A stretch of 64,000 nucleotides of DNA. It comes from Minisyncoccota bacterium. Lineage in GTDB: Bacteria; Patescibacteriota; Minisyncoccia; Phycocordibacterales; UBA12079. The position numbers and the translations under genes were made by a program. Location of the stretch: the NCBI GenBank assembly GCA_023140255.1, contig JAGLLX010000001.1, positions 27,861 to 91,860 of the forward strand. Direction: 5' to 3'. The notes beneath the pieces were generated by a model. It saw only the letters and a program-made list of their open reading frames with translations. It did no database searches and was not told the origin of the DNA. Shown here piece after piece: positions 50,949 through 58,700 of the stretch (positions within the stretch are counted from its first letter, which is position 1; the number at the start of each line of letters is the position of its first letter).

Positions 50949-52202
50949 TTAGTTAATAAATTCAATAGAATCCCGTATTTTTTCCATTGTTTTTATAACA
51001 AAAACTTCTCGCAAAAGGTCAGACTTAGCTGTAGTTTTTAGATAATTTTCCCACTCGTTAAGAATATCTATTTTTTTATCAAAAAAGTTATTTCGGGGAC
51101 TATTATTTATTTTCCCAAAATCCTCTTTAAATTTTATTGTTAAAGGGTCTTTTGTTACACTAAATAGCATAATTGTTTGCCATAATTCCTCATTAGTTTT
51201 TCTTGCGGCGCGAAGAGAATGAACTTCTTTTTTTATAGAAGGGATGTTTTTATCAACCAGTTCAGTCGTTTGAATAGTTGTAGGTCCCCACTTGACCGTA
51301 TCTTTAGTTGTGTATTGATGGTGGCTATTTAATTGTGTTAAATAGTATTGGTCAGTATTAGTATATTTTGGAAATTTTGATGGTTTAGATATAGTTAACC
51401 TTATTGGTTCAGTCTTAGGATTTAGAGTAATAAGAATACCTTTCCCTGTCATATCATCACTGAAATGTATATTATCAATATAATAAAACTTTTTAGGATA
51501 GTTAAAAACAAGATTTTTATAATTAGTATTTGTTGGTTCATTTACTACATTGTTTACTACATAAGTATTCCAGTCATTGGTGTGAGTGTAATTATTAACG
51601 GAAGAGTTTTCAGTAGTAATTATTTTTATTGAGTTGAGGATTAATTCCATTTCTTCTAAGATAGAATAGAAATTTTTAGATTCGTTAGTTTCTAAATAAT
51701 TTTTCCAAGTTTCGGGGGTTTTTGAGAACGGCATCTGCCTACTTAGATGTAAGTATTCTGTGCTGCTGATTTTTTTAAATAAGGTTATTGTGTTTTCTAA
51801 AATATAATCTAATCTTTCTTCTTTACGAATATAGAAAGTATTGTTTGAATTTAGATTTTTTGAAAAATATTGGATATTATTATTATTTTTGGAATTTGTT
51901 AGGTAGCTGTTATCACCACCTGAATAATTTTTTGTATAGCTTAAATGCATAGGTTCATTTTTAGAAACAATTTTAATTTCATGTAAATTGTTTTGTTGAG
52001 ATGTGTTAAAGGTAGATTCCTTTACGTACATTGAATCAGGATATTTAAATTGAATATTTTGTGTCGCATATGTCTCCCAATTATCTGTATTTAAAATATT
52101 AACGGAGAGTTCTTTTTCTAGTATCGTAGATTTTTGAAAATAAAAATATCCTCCACTAAAGACAATTAATATTAAACTAATAATTATTTTTTTATTTTTC
52201 AT
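50949..52202 (-). CDS. Secreted/anchored protein with two PsbP-like (W-x-T-Y...F-x-Y-P) repeats
   Basis: NWETYATQNIQFKYP and DWNTY..LVFNYP. Confidence 0.55.
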   Translation of the reverse strand: MKNKKIIISLILIVFSGGYFYFQKSTILEKELSVNILNTDNWETYATQNIQFKYPDSMYVKESTFNTSQQNNLHEIKIVSKNEPMHLSYTKNYSGGDNSYLTNSKNNNNIQYFSKNLNSNNTFYIRKEERLDYILENTITLFKKISSTEYLHLSRQMPFSKTPETWKNYLETNESKNFYSILEEMELILNSIKIITTENSSVNNYTHTNDWNTYVVNNVVNEPTNTNYKNLVFNYPKKFYYIDNIHFSDDMTGKGILITLNPKTEPIRLTISKPSKFPKYTNTDQYYLTQLNSHHQYTTKDTVKWGPTTIQTTELVDKNIPSIKKEVHSLRAARKTNEELWQTIMLFSVTKDPLTIKFKEDFGKINNSPRNNFFDKKIDILNEWENYLKTTAKSDLLREVFVIKTMEKIRDSIEFIN

Positions 52203-52217
52203 AAGTTTTTAATTTTT

Positions 52218-54320
52218 TTAAACAGTTTTTTTAATAAAATTAGAATCAGCGTCTTTAATAGATAGTTTTAATTTGCCTCTATTATCTTTTTCTTTAATTA
52301 CTACAGGAACTTCCATTCCTTCTTTAAGAACTTTATTAATATCTTCAATTCTAAAAGGAGCTACTTCTGAAATATGAACCATCCCTTCTGTTTTTGCTCC
52401 AATTTCTACAATCGCTCCAAAATCAAACATTTTAATAATTTTCCCTGTAAACTTCTCCCCTACTTTATAATCTCTTGTTAATTCAGCAATAATTTTTTTC
52501 GCTTTTGTTGCTCCCTCTAATGACCCTGTTATGAAAACTTTTCCATCATCTTCAATATCAATTTCTACTCCAGTATCATCTTTAATTCCATTAATTACTT
52601 TTCCTCCAGAACCAATTACTCCTCCAATTTGTTCAGGTAAGATTTGCATTTGTAAAATTTGTGGAGCATTTGGAGATAATTCTTTTCTAGGTTCAGAAAT
52701 TTCTGCTTCAATTACATCTAAGATTTCAAATCTTGCTTTTTCAGCTTGAACTAATGCTTCAGAAAGAATTTTAATAGGTACTCCTTCTACTTTTACATCC
52801 ATTTGAATGGCTGTAACTCCATTTCGCGTACCTGTGACTTTCAAATCCATATCTCCGTAATGGTCTTCAGGTCCTTGAATATCTGTTAAAATTTTATAAT
52901 TATCTTTATCTTTCATCATTAACCCCATTGCAATTCCAGCTACTGGAGCTTTAATAGGAACTCCTGCGTCCATTAGTGCAATAGTGCTTCCGCAAGTAGA
53001 AGCCATTGAAGTTGATCCGTTAGAAGCCATTGCTTCTGAAACAATTCGTATTGTATAAGGAAATTCTTCTTCAGAAGGAAGCACTGCTAGTAAAGCTTTT
53101 TCAGCTAACATTCCGTGTCCGATCATTCTTCGGTTGAAGCCTCCTACTCTACCTGTTTCCCCTGTTGAAAATGGTGGGAAGTTATAATGATGAAAATATC
53201 TTTTTTCTTCTCCTTCATTTTCTATATTGTTTAACATTAATGTTTCTCTAGGACCTCCTAAAGTTAAGGCTGAGAATACATGAGTTTCTCCTCTATAAAA
53301 TACTCCTGTTCCATGAGCTGTGGGTGAAATTACTCCTGCTTTTGCTACTAAAGTTCGGATTTGATCCATGGATCTTCCGTCTACTCTCATATTTTCGTTT
53401 AAAGCTCTTTCATGAATAATTTCATCAGTACTATTTTCGTAAAGAGCTAAAGCTAAAGAAATATTTTCTCCCTCAAAATTTTCTTTGAATATTTTTAACC
53501 ATTCATTTTTAATTACTTCTATAGTTTTATTACTATTTTCTCCAAAAATTTCTTCTTTAGTTCTAGTCTGGAAGTTTTCTTGAAAATGTTTCAAAGCTTC
53601 AGCAGATAATTCTTCTTTTTCCATTACTATTTTTTCTTTTCCAATTTCTGAAATAATTTCTTTTTGCCAATTTTGGATTTTTTCAATTTCCTCAGAAGCT
53701 TTCAGAAAGGCCTGAGAATTTATTTCGTTTGAAACTTGATTAGCTCTAATTTCCATCATATTTAGATTCCCATCTTTCCCACAAGCTACTAAATCTAATT
53801 TTCTTTCTGTTTCATTTTCTATTTCAAAATTAGCAGTTAATTCATTTTGGTTATTTGCTGTAATACGAACAGCACTTACAGGACCTGACCAAGGAATGTT
53901 TGAAGTTCCTAATGTTAACGAAGCTCCGTTTATAGCTAAAATATCAGGACTACATTTTCCTAAAGATAGAACTGTAGCGATTACTTGAATTTCATTTCTA
54001 ATTGATGAATCAAAAAGTGGACGAATTGTTCTGTCAATCATTCTCCCTGTTAACACAGCATTAGTTGAAGGAGCCCCTTCTTTTCTCATAAAACGACCTC
54101 CTAAAATTTTCCCTACAGCATAAAATTTTTCTTCAAAATCTACTGAAAGTGGGAACCAATCTTGCCCCTCTCTTTTGTTTTGAGACATTACTGCTGTTAC
54201 CATTACTACTGTATTGTCACAACTTAAGATAACTGAGCCGTTAGCTTGGTTGGCTAGATCAGTAAATTGAGCTGTTAAGGTTTTACCACCTATATCTAAT
54301 GAATATTCTTTTGTTTCCAT
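52218..54320 (-). CDS. pnp: Polyribonucleotide nucleotidyltransferase
   Basis: IDRTIRPLF, FHHYNFPPFSTGE, SNGSTSMAS, GDMDLKV, KH and S1 domains. Confidence 0.97.
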   Translation of the reverse strand: METKEYSLDIGGKTLTAQFTDLANQANGSVILSCDNTVVMVTAVMSQNKREGQDWFPLSVDFEEKFYAVGKILGGRFMRKEGAPSTNAVLTGRMIDRTIRPLFDSSIRNEIQVIATVLSLGKCSPDILAINGASLTLGTSNIPWSGPVSAVRITANNQNELTANFEIENETERKLDLVACGKDGNLNMMEIRANQVSNEINSQAFLKASEEIEKIQNWQKEIISEIGKEKIVMEKEELSAEALKHFQENFQTRTKEEIFGENSNKTIEVIKNEWLKIFKENFEGENISLALALYENSTDEIIHERALNENMRVDGRSMDQIRTLVAKAGVISPTAHGTGVFYRGETHVFSALTLGGPRETLMLNNIENEGEEKRYFHHYNFPPFSTGETGRVGGFNRRMIGHGMLAEKALLAVLPSEEEFPYTIRIVSEAMASNGSTSMASTCGSTIALMDAGVPIKAPVAGIAMGLMMKDKDNYKILTDIQGPEDHYGDMDLKVTGTRNGVTAIQMDVKVEGVPIKILSEALVQAEKARFEILDVIEAEISEPRKELSPNAPQILQMQILPEQIGGVIGSGGKVINGIKDDTGVEIDIEDDGKVFITGSLEGATKAKKIIAELTRDYKVGEKFTGKIIKMFDFGAIVEIGAKTEGMVHISEVAPFRIEDINKVLKEGMEVPVVIKEKDNRGKLKLSIKDADSNFIKKTV

Positions 54321-54492
54321 ATTTATAGTTCTTTGGTATACCTTTCAGATTTTAGACTTGAAACACTTGCTTCAAACCTACCTATCTAAAAGGTAAGTTA
54401 TAATAATATTTTCAGTATACCAATTTTTACAGAAAATTCTAGTAAAAAATAAACGGCTCACCCAGGTGAGCCGTTTATTTTTTGAATTTTAA

Positions 54493-55062
54493 TTATTTTT
54501 TAGGAGACCTTTTTGTTTTTATAGGAGTTTTCCTACTTCTATTTTTATTTCCTCTGTATCCAATTAAATATTTTTTATGATCTTCGCCTAAGTCTAGGAA
54601 ATCGTCAGCTACTTCTCTTAATTTTGATGAAGATGATTTTCCAAAAGCTACTACTTCAACCTGACAACCTTCGTTTGTTTGTAAATATTCTACTAACGGA
54701 ATAAAGTCGCCATCTCCTGACACTAAAATAATAGTGTCTAATTTAGGTGCCATTTTAACAGCATCAATTGCCAAGCCTACATCCCAATCAGCTTTTTTAG
54801 CTCCTCCAAAAAAGATTTGTAAGTCTTTTGTTTTGGTTTCAATCCCGAGTTTTTCTAAGGCATCAAAAAAGACAGATTCTTCTCCTGATTCTGTGGTAAT
54901 TACATAAGCGATAGCTCTAATTAAAGCTCTCTCGCCTACCGAGCTCTCCATTATTTGCTTAAAATTTACTTTAGCAGAATAGAGATTTCTAGCGCTATGA
55001 TAAAGATTTTGGGCGTCTATAAAGACTCCAACTCTTTGTTCTTTGTGTTTTATTACAGTCAT
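54493..55062 (-). CDS. NYN-domain (LabA/DUF88) protein
   Basis: VFIDAQNLY, KADWDVGLAIDA, LVSGDGDFIPLV. Confidence 0.92.
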   Translation of the reverse strand: MTVIKHKEQRVGVFIDAQNLYHSARNLYSAKVNFKQIMESSVGERALIRAIAYVITTESGEESVFFDALEKLGIETKTKDLQIFFGGAKKADWDVGLAIDAVKMAPKLDTIILVSGDGDFIPLVEYLQTNEGCQVEVVAFGKSSSSKLREVADDFLDLGEDHKKYLIGYRGNKNRSRKTPIKTKRSPKK

Positions 55063-55133
55063 AAATATATTATGTGTTAAGTAGTAAGTGGATAATAGAA
55101 AGGGTGAGGCTTCGCCTCACCCTTTTATAATTA

Positions 55134-55400
55134 TTATTTTTTTAGTCCTAGAGTTTTAATTACTTTATTGTAACGAGCAGTACTCTTTTTTTGTAAATAT
55201 TTTAAATGTTTTCTTCTATCAGCTACCATTTGTAATAAACCTTTTCTTGAATGTCTGTCTTTTCTATGAGTTTTTAAATGCATTGCTAATTCATCAATCT
55301 TTTTAGATAAAATAGAAACCTGTACTTCTGGAGAACCAGTATCAGCTTTGTGTTTCTGAACCTTCTTTATAGCGTTATCTTTTTTTACTTTTGTTAACAT
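55134..55400 (-). CDS. rpsO: 30S ribosomal protein S15
   Basis: DTGSPEVQV, HRKDRHSRKGLLQMV..RRKHLKYL. Confidence 0.97.
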   Translation of the reverse strand: MLTKVKKDNAIKKVQKHKADTGSPEVQVSILSKKIDELAMHLKTHRKDRHSRKGLLQMVADRRKHLKYLQKKSTARYNKVIKTLGLKK

Positions 55401-55447
55401 GATGCGAAAATAATAGCATTAATTATTAAAATTTGCAAGAAAATAAG

Positions 55448-55629
55448 GGTAAAATAGTGTATTTATGAGATATTTGATGGAATCTGATTTAACCTCCGAG
55501 GAAGGAGTTCTGCCGTTAGAAGTAAAAAACCAAAGGTTTTTGTCAGTTTTAACGGTAGATTTTATTGTTAAATAAATAACAACAAAAGATTAAATCTAAC
55601 TCCTTATCTCATAAATACACTATTTTACC
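55448..55629. repeat. 25-bp perfect inverted repeats enclosing a REP-like CCGTTAGA hairpin
   Basis: GGTAAAATAGTGTATTTATGAGATA (55448-55472) / TATCTCATAAATACACTATTTTACC (55605-55629). Confidence 0.8.
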
Positions 55630-55635
55630 GATATA

Positions 55636-55714
55636 ATTCTATGAATTCACTAATTTTTTTAAATTAACGAATTCAATAGAATGGGTAAAGTGTTTGTTCT
55701 AAACACCTTACCCA
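55636..55714 (-). repeat. Diverged terminal copy (D) of the array double-hairpin repeat
   Basis: CTATGAA..TTCAATAG bulged hairpin directly followed by TGGGTAA.GTGTTT..AAACAC.TTACCCA hairpin, the same order as copies A-C. Confidence 0.55.
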
Positions 55715-55723
55715 GATGAGAAG

Positions 55724-56101
55724 TTACTCTTTAGGATTAAGAGCATCCTTCACTGCTCGGGCAAGGCCGGTATTGTATTGGCCTTTGTTTACTCGAGCAG
55801 CACCTTCAAAGGTTTTCCCGTTAATGGTTACGATTGTAACATCAACTTGGCGACCTCTGAAAGCTGAATCATTTTTCCCGAATCTGTCACGGAAGTTAAC
55901 TGCGACATTTTCGAAACCTTTTTCTTTAAGAAGCCCAAAAATCTGGAGCTTCTCAATTTTCGGAGGATCAAATGATCTGTAGTCCCATGAGAATTCAACA
56001 TTCTCTAGGCAGATACAGCTTTCTTCTGCATTTGCAGGTATAGTTGAAATAACAACTAACATTACCAAAACTACCAAAAAACTACCGATTAATTTCTTCA
56101 T
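55724..56101 (-). CDS. Secreted hypothetical protein (array ORF6)
   Basis: Signal peptide ending ANA; SD AAAGGAG. Confidence 0.7.
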   Translation of the reverse strand: MKKLIGSFLVVLVMLVVISTIPANAEESCICLENVEFSWDYRSFDPPKIEKLQIFGLLKEKGFENVAVNFRDRFGKNDSAFRGRQVDVTIVTINGKTFEGAARVNKGQYNTGLARAVKDALNPKE

Positions 56102-56217
56102 CTTCTTTCTCCTTTCTCGGAATTTCCGAGATCTAGTTTTGTTATTATAACGTTAAGTTGATAGATTACTACCGCAAAACAAATAACGATAACGATAGTT
56201 AAGTATGCGATTTGCAT
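56098..56217 (-). CDS. 39-aa single-TM peptide (array ORF5, not in track)
   Basis: MQIAYLTIVIVICFAVVIYQLNVIITKLDLGNSEKGERR*; SD AAAGGAGG; ATGA overlap with next gene. Confidence 0.6.
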   Translation of the reverse strand: MQIAYLTIVIVICFAVVIYQLNVIITKLDLGNSEKGERR

Positions 56218-56254
56218 GATACCTTCCTCCTTTCTCGGAATCTCCGAGATATGT

Positions 56255-56404
56255 AAACTTTATTTAAAGAACATCTACTATGAAACTTCAAACACTTTGT
56301 TTAAAATTTCAATAATAGGCTGGAGTGAGTATTTTTCAATAAACACTCCAGCGAACTTTGAACACTAAGTTTTTTGTCTAGGACTGGGGAACTTGGAAAC
56401 CTTT
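56255..56404 (-). repeat. Array intergenic structured repeat, copy A
   Basis: 111 bp identical to copy C; three hairpins plus boxA-like TGTTCTTTAAA. Confidence 0.9.
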
Positions 56405-56423
56405 TTATTATTTAAGAACAACT

Positions 56424-56810
56424 TCAGTCATAATCATGTCTGGTAGTGAAGAGCCTTGTTGCCTCAGTTTTGTTTTTTACAGAAATTGGTATATTACCAT
56501 CAATATACCACTGAGAGTGGTTAAATCTCTCAATAAATTCTTTCGTGCCTTTTTGCGGAGCTTCACAAGAATTTGTACACTTCTTGGAACAACCTTCGCA
56601 CATTTTTGTTGCTTCAAGCTGGCTTTTGATGTAGTCGAGGACTTTCTCGGCTTTTTCGGTGAGGTTGTCTTGAATAGTAGATGGATAATATATACATATC
56701 TCTATCCCATTCCCCCAGTTTAAATCTATTTGATATACACCATCTACCGACTGAATCAATGTATTGCTACATTGATTTGGAATTGGTATTTCAAATCCTC
56801 TTGTACTCAT
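56424..56810 (-). CDS. Hypothetical Cys-containing protein (array ORF4)
   Basis: SD GAGGAG; CEGCSKKCTNSC. Confidence 0.65.
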   Translation of the reverse strand: MSTRGFEIPIPNQCSNTLIQSVDGVYQIDLNWGNGIEICIYYPSTIQDNLTEKAEKVLDYIKSQLEATKMCEGCSKKCTNSCEAPQKGTKEFIERFNHSQWYIDGNIPISVKNKTEATRLFTTRHDYD

Positions 56811-56874
56811 CTCTTTCTCCTCTCCGACATTGTCGGAATTTAAGTTATTTTCCCAAAAAACTTATATATTCAAA

Positions 56875-57022
56875 TTTATTTAAAGAACTACTATGAAACT
56901 TCAAACACTTTGTTTAAAGTTTCAATAATAGGGGTGAGATACTTGCAAACTAAACAAGTCTCACCCTTTTGAACATTAAAGCTTTTTGATACCCAGAAGC
57001 TTTGGAGAACTTGGAAACCTTT
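56875..57022 (-). repeat. Array intergenic structured repeat, copy B
   Basis: Same first hairpin, TTTGAACA and AACTTGGAAACCTTT anchors; second hairpin replaced by GGGTGAGA..TCTCACCC. Confidence 0.88.
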
Positions 57023-57274
57023 TTAAAGGTTAAGACTTTCTGTAAAATTGGAGTAATCACTCCAATCACAAGAACAACAGGACCGTTTTATTTGATACCT
57101 TCGGACCTGCACCCTTTTGTAAGGATAATTTGCCACGTAATTTCTTACGTGAACAATTTCCTTTGTTAATAGTATTTGTTCCTTTCTGACCCACCCCTCA
57201 CATTCAGGGCAGATATTTTTTGAAAGAGCCTCTTCTCTTAGGGCTTTTTCCAGTCTTTCCTTTGTATCATTCAT
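57023..57274 (-). CDS. Zn-ribbon-like small protein (array ORF3)
   Basis: CPEC...CCSCDW; SD AAGGAGGAG. Confidence 0.65.
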   Translation of the reverse strand: MNDTKERLEKALREEALSKNICPECEGWVRKEQILLTKEIVHVRNYVANYPYKRVQVRRYQIKRSCCSCDWSDYSNFTESLNL

Positions 57275-57452
57275 CTTCTCCTCCTTGTTTTATATATAAC
57301 TTCATTGTCAAAATATATGTTTGCCAGATTGGACAGCAGTTTTTATCGCAATAGACTTGAGTTGAAGCAGCTGCTCCCCTGTTTCCAGTTACAGTGAGAC
57401 CACATCCATCTCCTTTTTGAAATTGACACCTTAACTCGTTATTATTACTCAT
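57267..57452 (-). CDS. Small Cys-rich protein (array ORF2)
   Basis: Start at MSNNNE after SD AAAGGAG; CQF..GCG..YCDKNCCPIW. Confidence 0.6.
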   Translation of the reverse strand: MSNNNELRCQFQKGDGCGLTVTGNRGAAASTQVYCDKNCCPIWQTYILTMKLYIKQGGEDE

Positions 57453-57493
57453 TCCCCGTCTCCTTTCTCGACATCGTCGAGATCTAGTATATA

Positions 57494-57642
57494 AAACTTT
57501 ATTTAAAGAACATCTACTATGAAACTTCAAACACTTTGTTTAAAATTTCAATAATAGGCTGGAGTGAGTATTTTTCAATAAACACTCCAGCGAACTTTGA
57601 ACACCAAGTTTTTATACTAAGGCAGAAAACTTGGAAACCTTT
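57494..57642 (-). repeat. Array intergenic structured repeat, copy C
   Basis: 111 bp identical to copy A; third hairpin CCAAGTTTT..AAAACTTGG. Confidence 0.9.
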
Positions 57643-57647
57643 CTATC

Positions 57648-58118
57648 TTATTTCAGACAGCGGATAGACAGGCCTAATTGTTTTCCACTTTTGCCTTGGG
57701 TACCCTTACAATTCAAATCAGTAATATCTCTCCTGTTAGCCCAAGCAAGATCTTCATTTATAGAAGAAGATGACCAGAAAAAAGCAGTATAATAAAAATT
57801 GAGAAGGTTGACGTAACCGTAAGAGAAACGTACTCCTGCAAAAAATAAGTTGGGGATACTTTCCCTACCCTTTTCTCCAAGGATAGACCATTCTTCAACA
57901 GTCGGTATCTGCTTTCCAGCTTTTTTGGTTTCTCGTATTGCAGCAGAAAAGGTAAATAATTGTTGGCCTGCAGTATTATATACCCCAGTACCACCAACAT
58001 ACTCCCAAATATCCTTTTCAGGATTTTGGAGATAAACAACTCCGTTATTGTCGGTAAATTGTTCCCAACCACTAGAGTCAACCTTGAAATTTTCGTTTTC
58101 CAGCTGAAGATTACTCAT
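57648..58118 (-). CDS. Fib_succ_major/FISUMP-like (C-type lectin fold) protein (array ORF1)
   Basis: LFTFSAA, QIPTVEEW, AGVR, FFWSSS, AW, GLSIRCLK. Confidence 0.65.
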   Translation of the reverse strand: MSNLQLENENFKVDSSGWEQFTDNNGVVYLQNPEKDIWEYVGGTGVYNTAGQQLFTFSAAIRETKKAGKQIPTVEEWSILGEKGRESIPNLFFAGVRFSYGYVNLLNFYYTAFFWSSSSINEDLAWANRRDITDLNCKGTQGKSGKQLGLSIRCLK

Positions 58119-58278
58119 TTCCCTTCTCCTTCCCCGAAATCATCGGGTTAGTTTAAAATTGACAACAAAAAGAAAATTATTCCCAAAAAACTTGATATTT
58201 AATTGTAAAGAACATCTTTTTCTCTTTATTAAGAGAGTGGAAAATACGAAACTTCATATTTTTTTCTCTCTAAACAAA

Positions 58279-58324
58279 AAATTGGTCGTTTAATTCTTTC
58301 GGAAAAGAATTAAACGACCAATTT
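58279..58324 (-). terminator. 21-bp hairpin + T tract in the array leader (attenuator-like)
   Basis: AAATTGGTCGTTTAATTCTTT-CGGA-AAAGAATTAAACGACCAATTT; on the minus strand it ends in TTTTTTGTTT. Confidence 0.6.
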
Positions 58325-58504
58325 CTGATCTTTTAAACTCCTTCCTCAAAAAGCTTGTCCTGTTAGAGGTAAGAAACTGAAAATTTCTGTAAGCTCTAAT
58401 AGGATTTTTTATTTATCCCGTTAGAAGTAAAAAATCGTAGATTTTCGTCAGTTCTAATGGGATTTAGTTTTTAAAATGTTTCCGTCTCTTTCTTAACTGT
58501 ATTT

Positions 58505-58621
58505 ATAGTATCATAACTAATATAATTTGTCAAGGGATTTAGTTTGCTTAAGTTATTTTTAATTTTTTAATCCCCTTTCCTTAATTACGAATACTATATC
58601 ATATTGTAAATAACTTGTCAA
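58505..58621 (-). promoter_or_regulatory. Two tandem sigma70 promoters facing the array
   Basis: TTGACA-17-TACTAT (58533..58505) and TTGACA-17-TATAGT (58621..58593), both with a TGn extension. Confidence 0.75.
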
Positions 58622-58658
58622 GCTTTGTTTAAAATAATTTAGAAATCCAACTTTCGTT

Positions 58659-58686
58659 ATGTCGCACAATATTTTTTATGATTATG
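58659..58686 (+). promoter_or_regulatory. dif-like 28-bp Xer site overlapping the recombinase promoter
   Basis: ATGTCGCACAA-TATTTT-TTATGATTATG versus E. coli dif GGTGCGCATAA-N6-TTATGTTAAAT. Confidence 0.45.
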
Positions 58687-58700
58687 ATATAATTTAAGGA

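Noticed and set aside
56255-57642. CRISPR array
   Set aside because: Repeats are ~150 bp, separated by whole genes of 470+ bp; no cas genes in the window.
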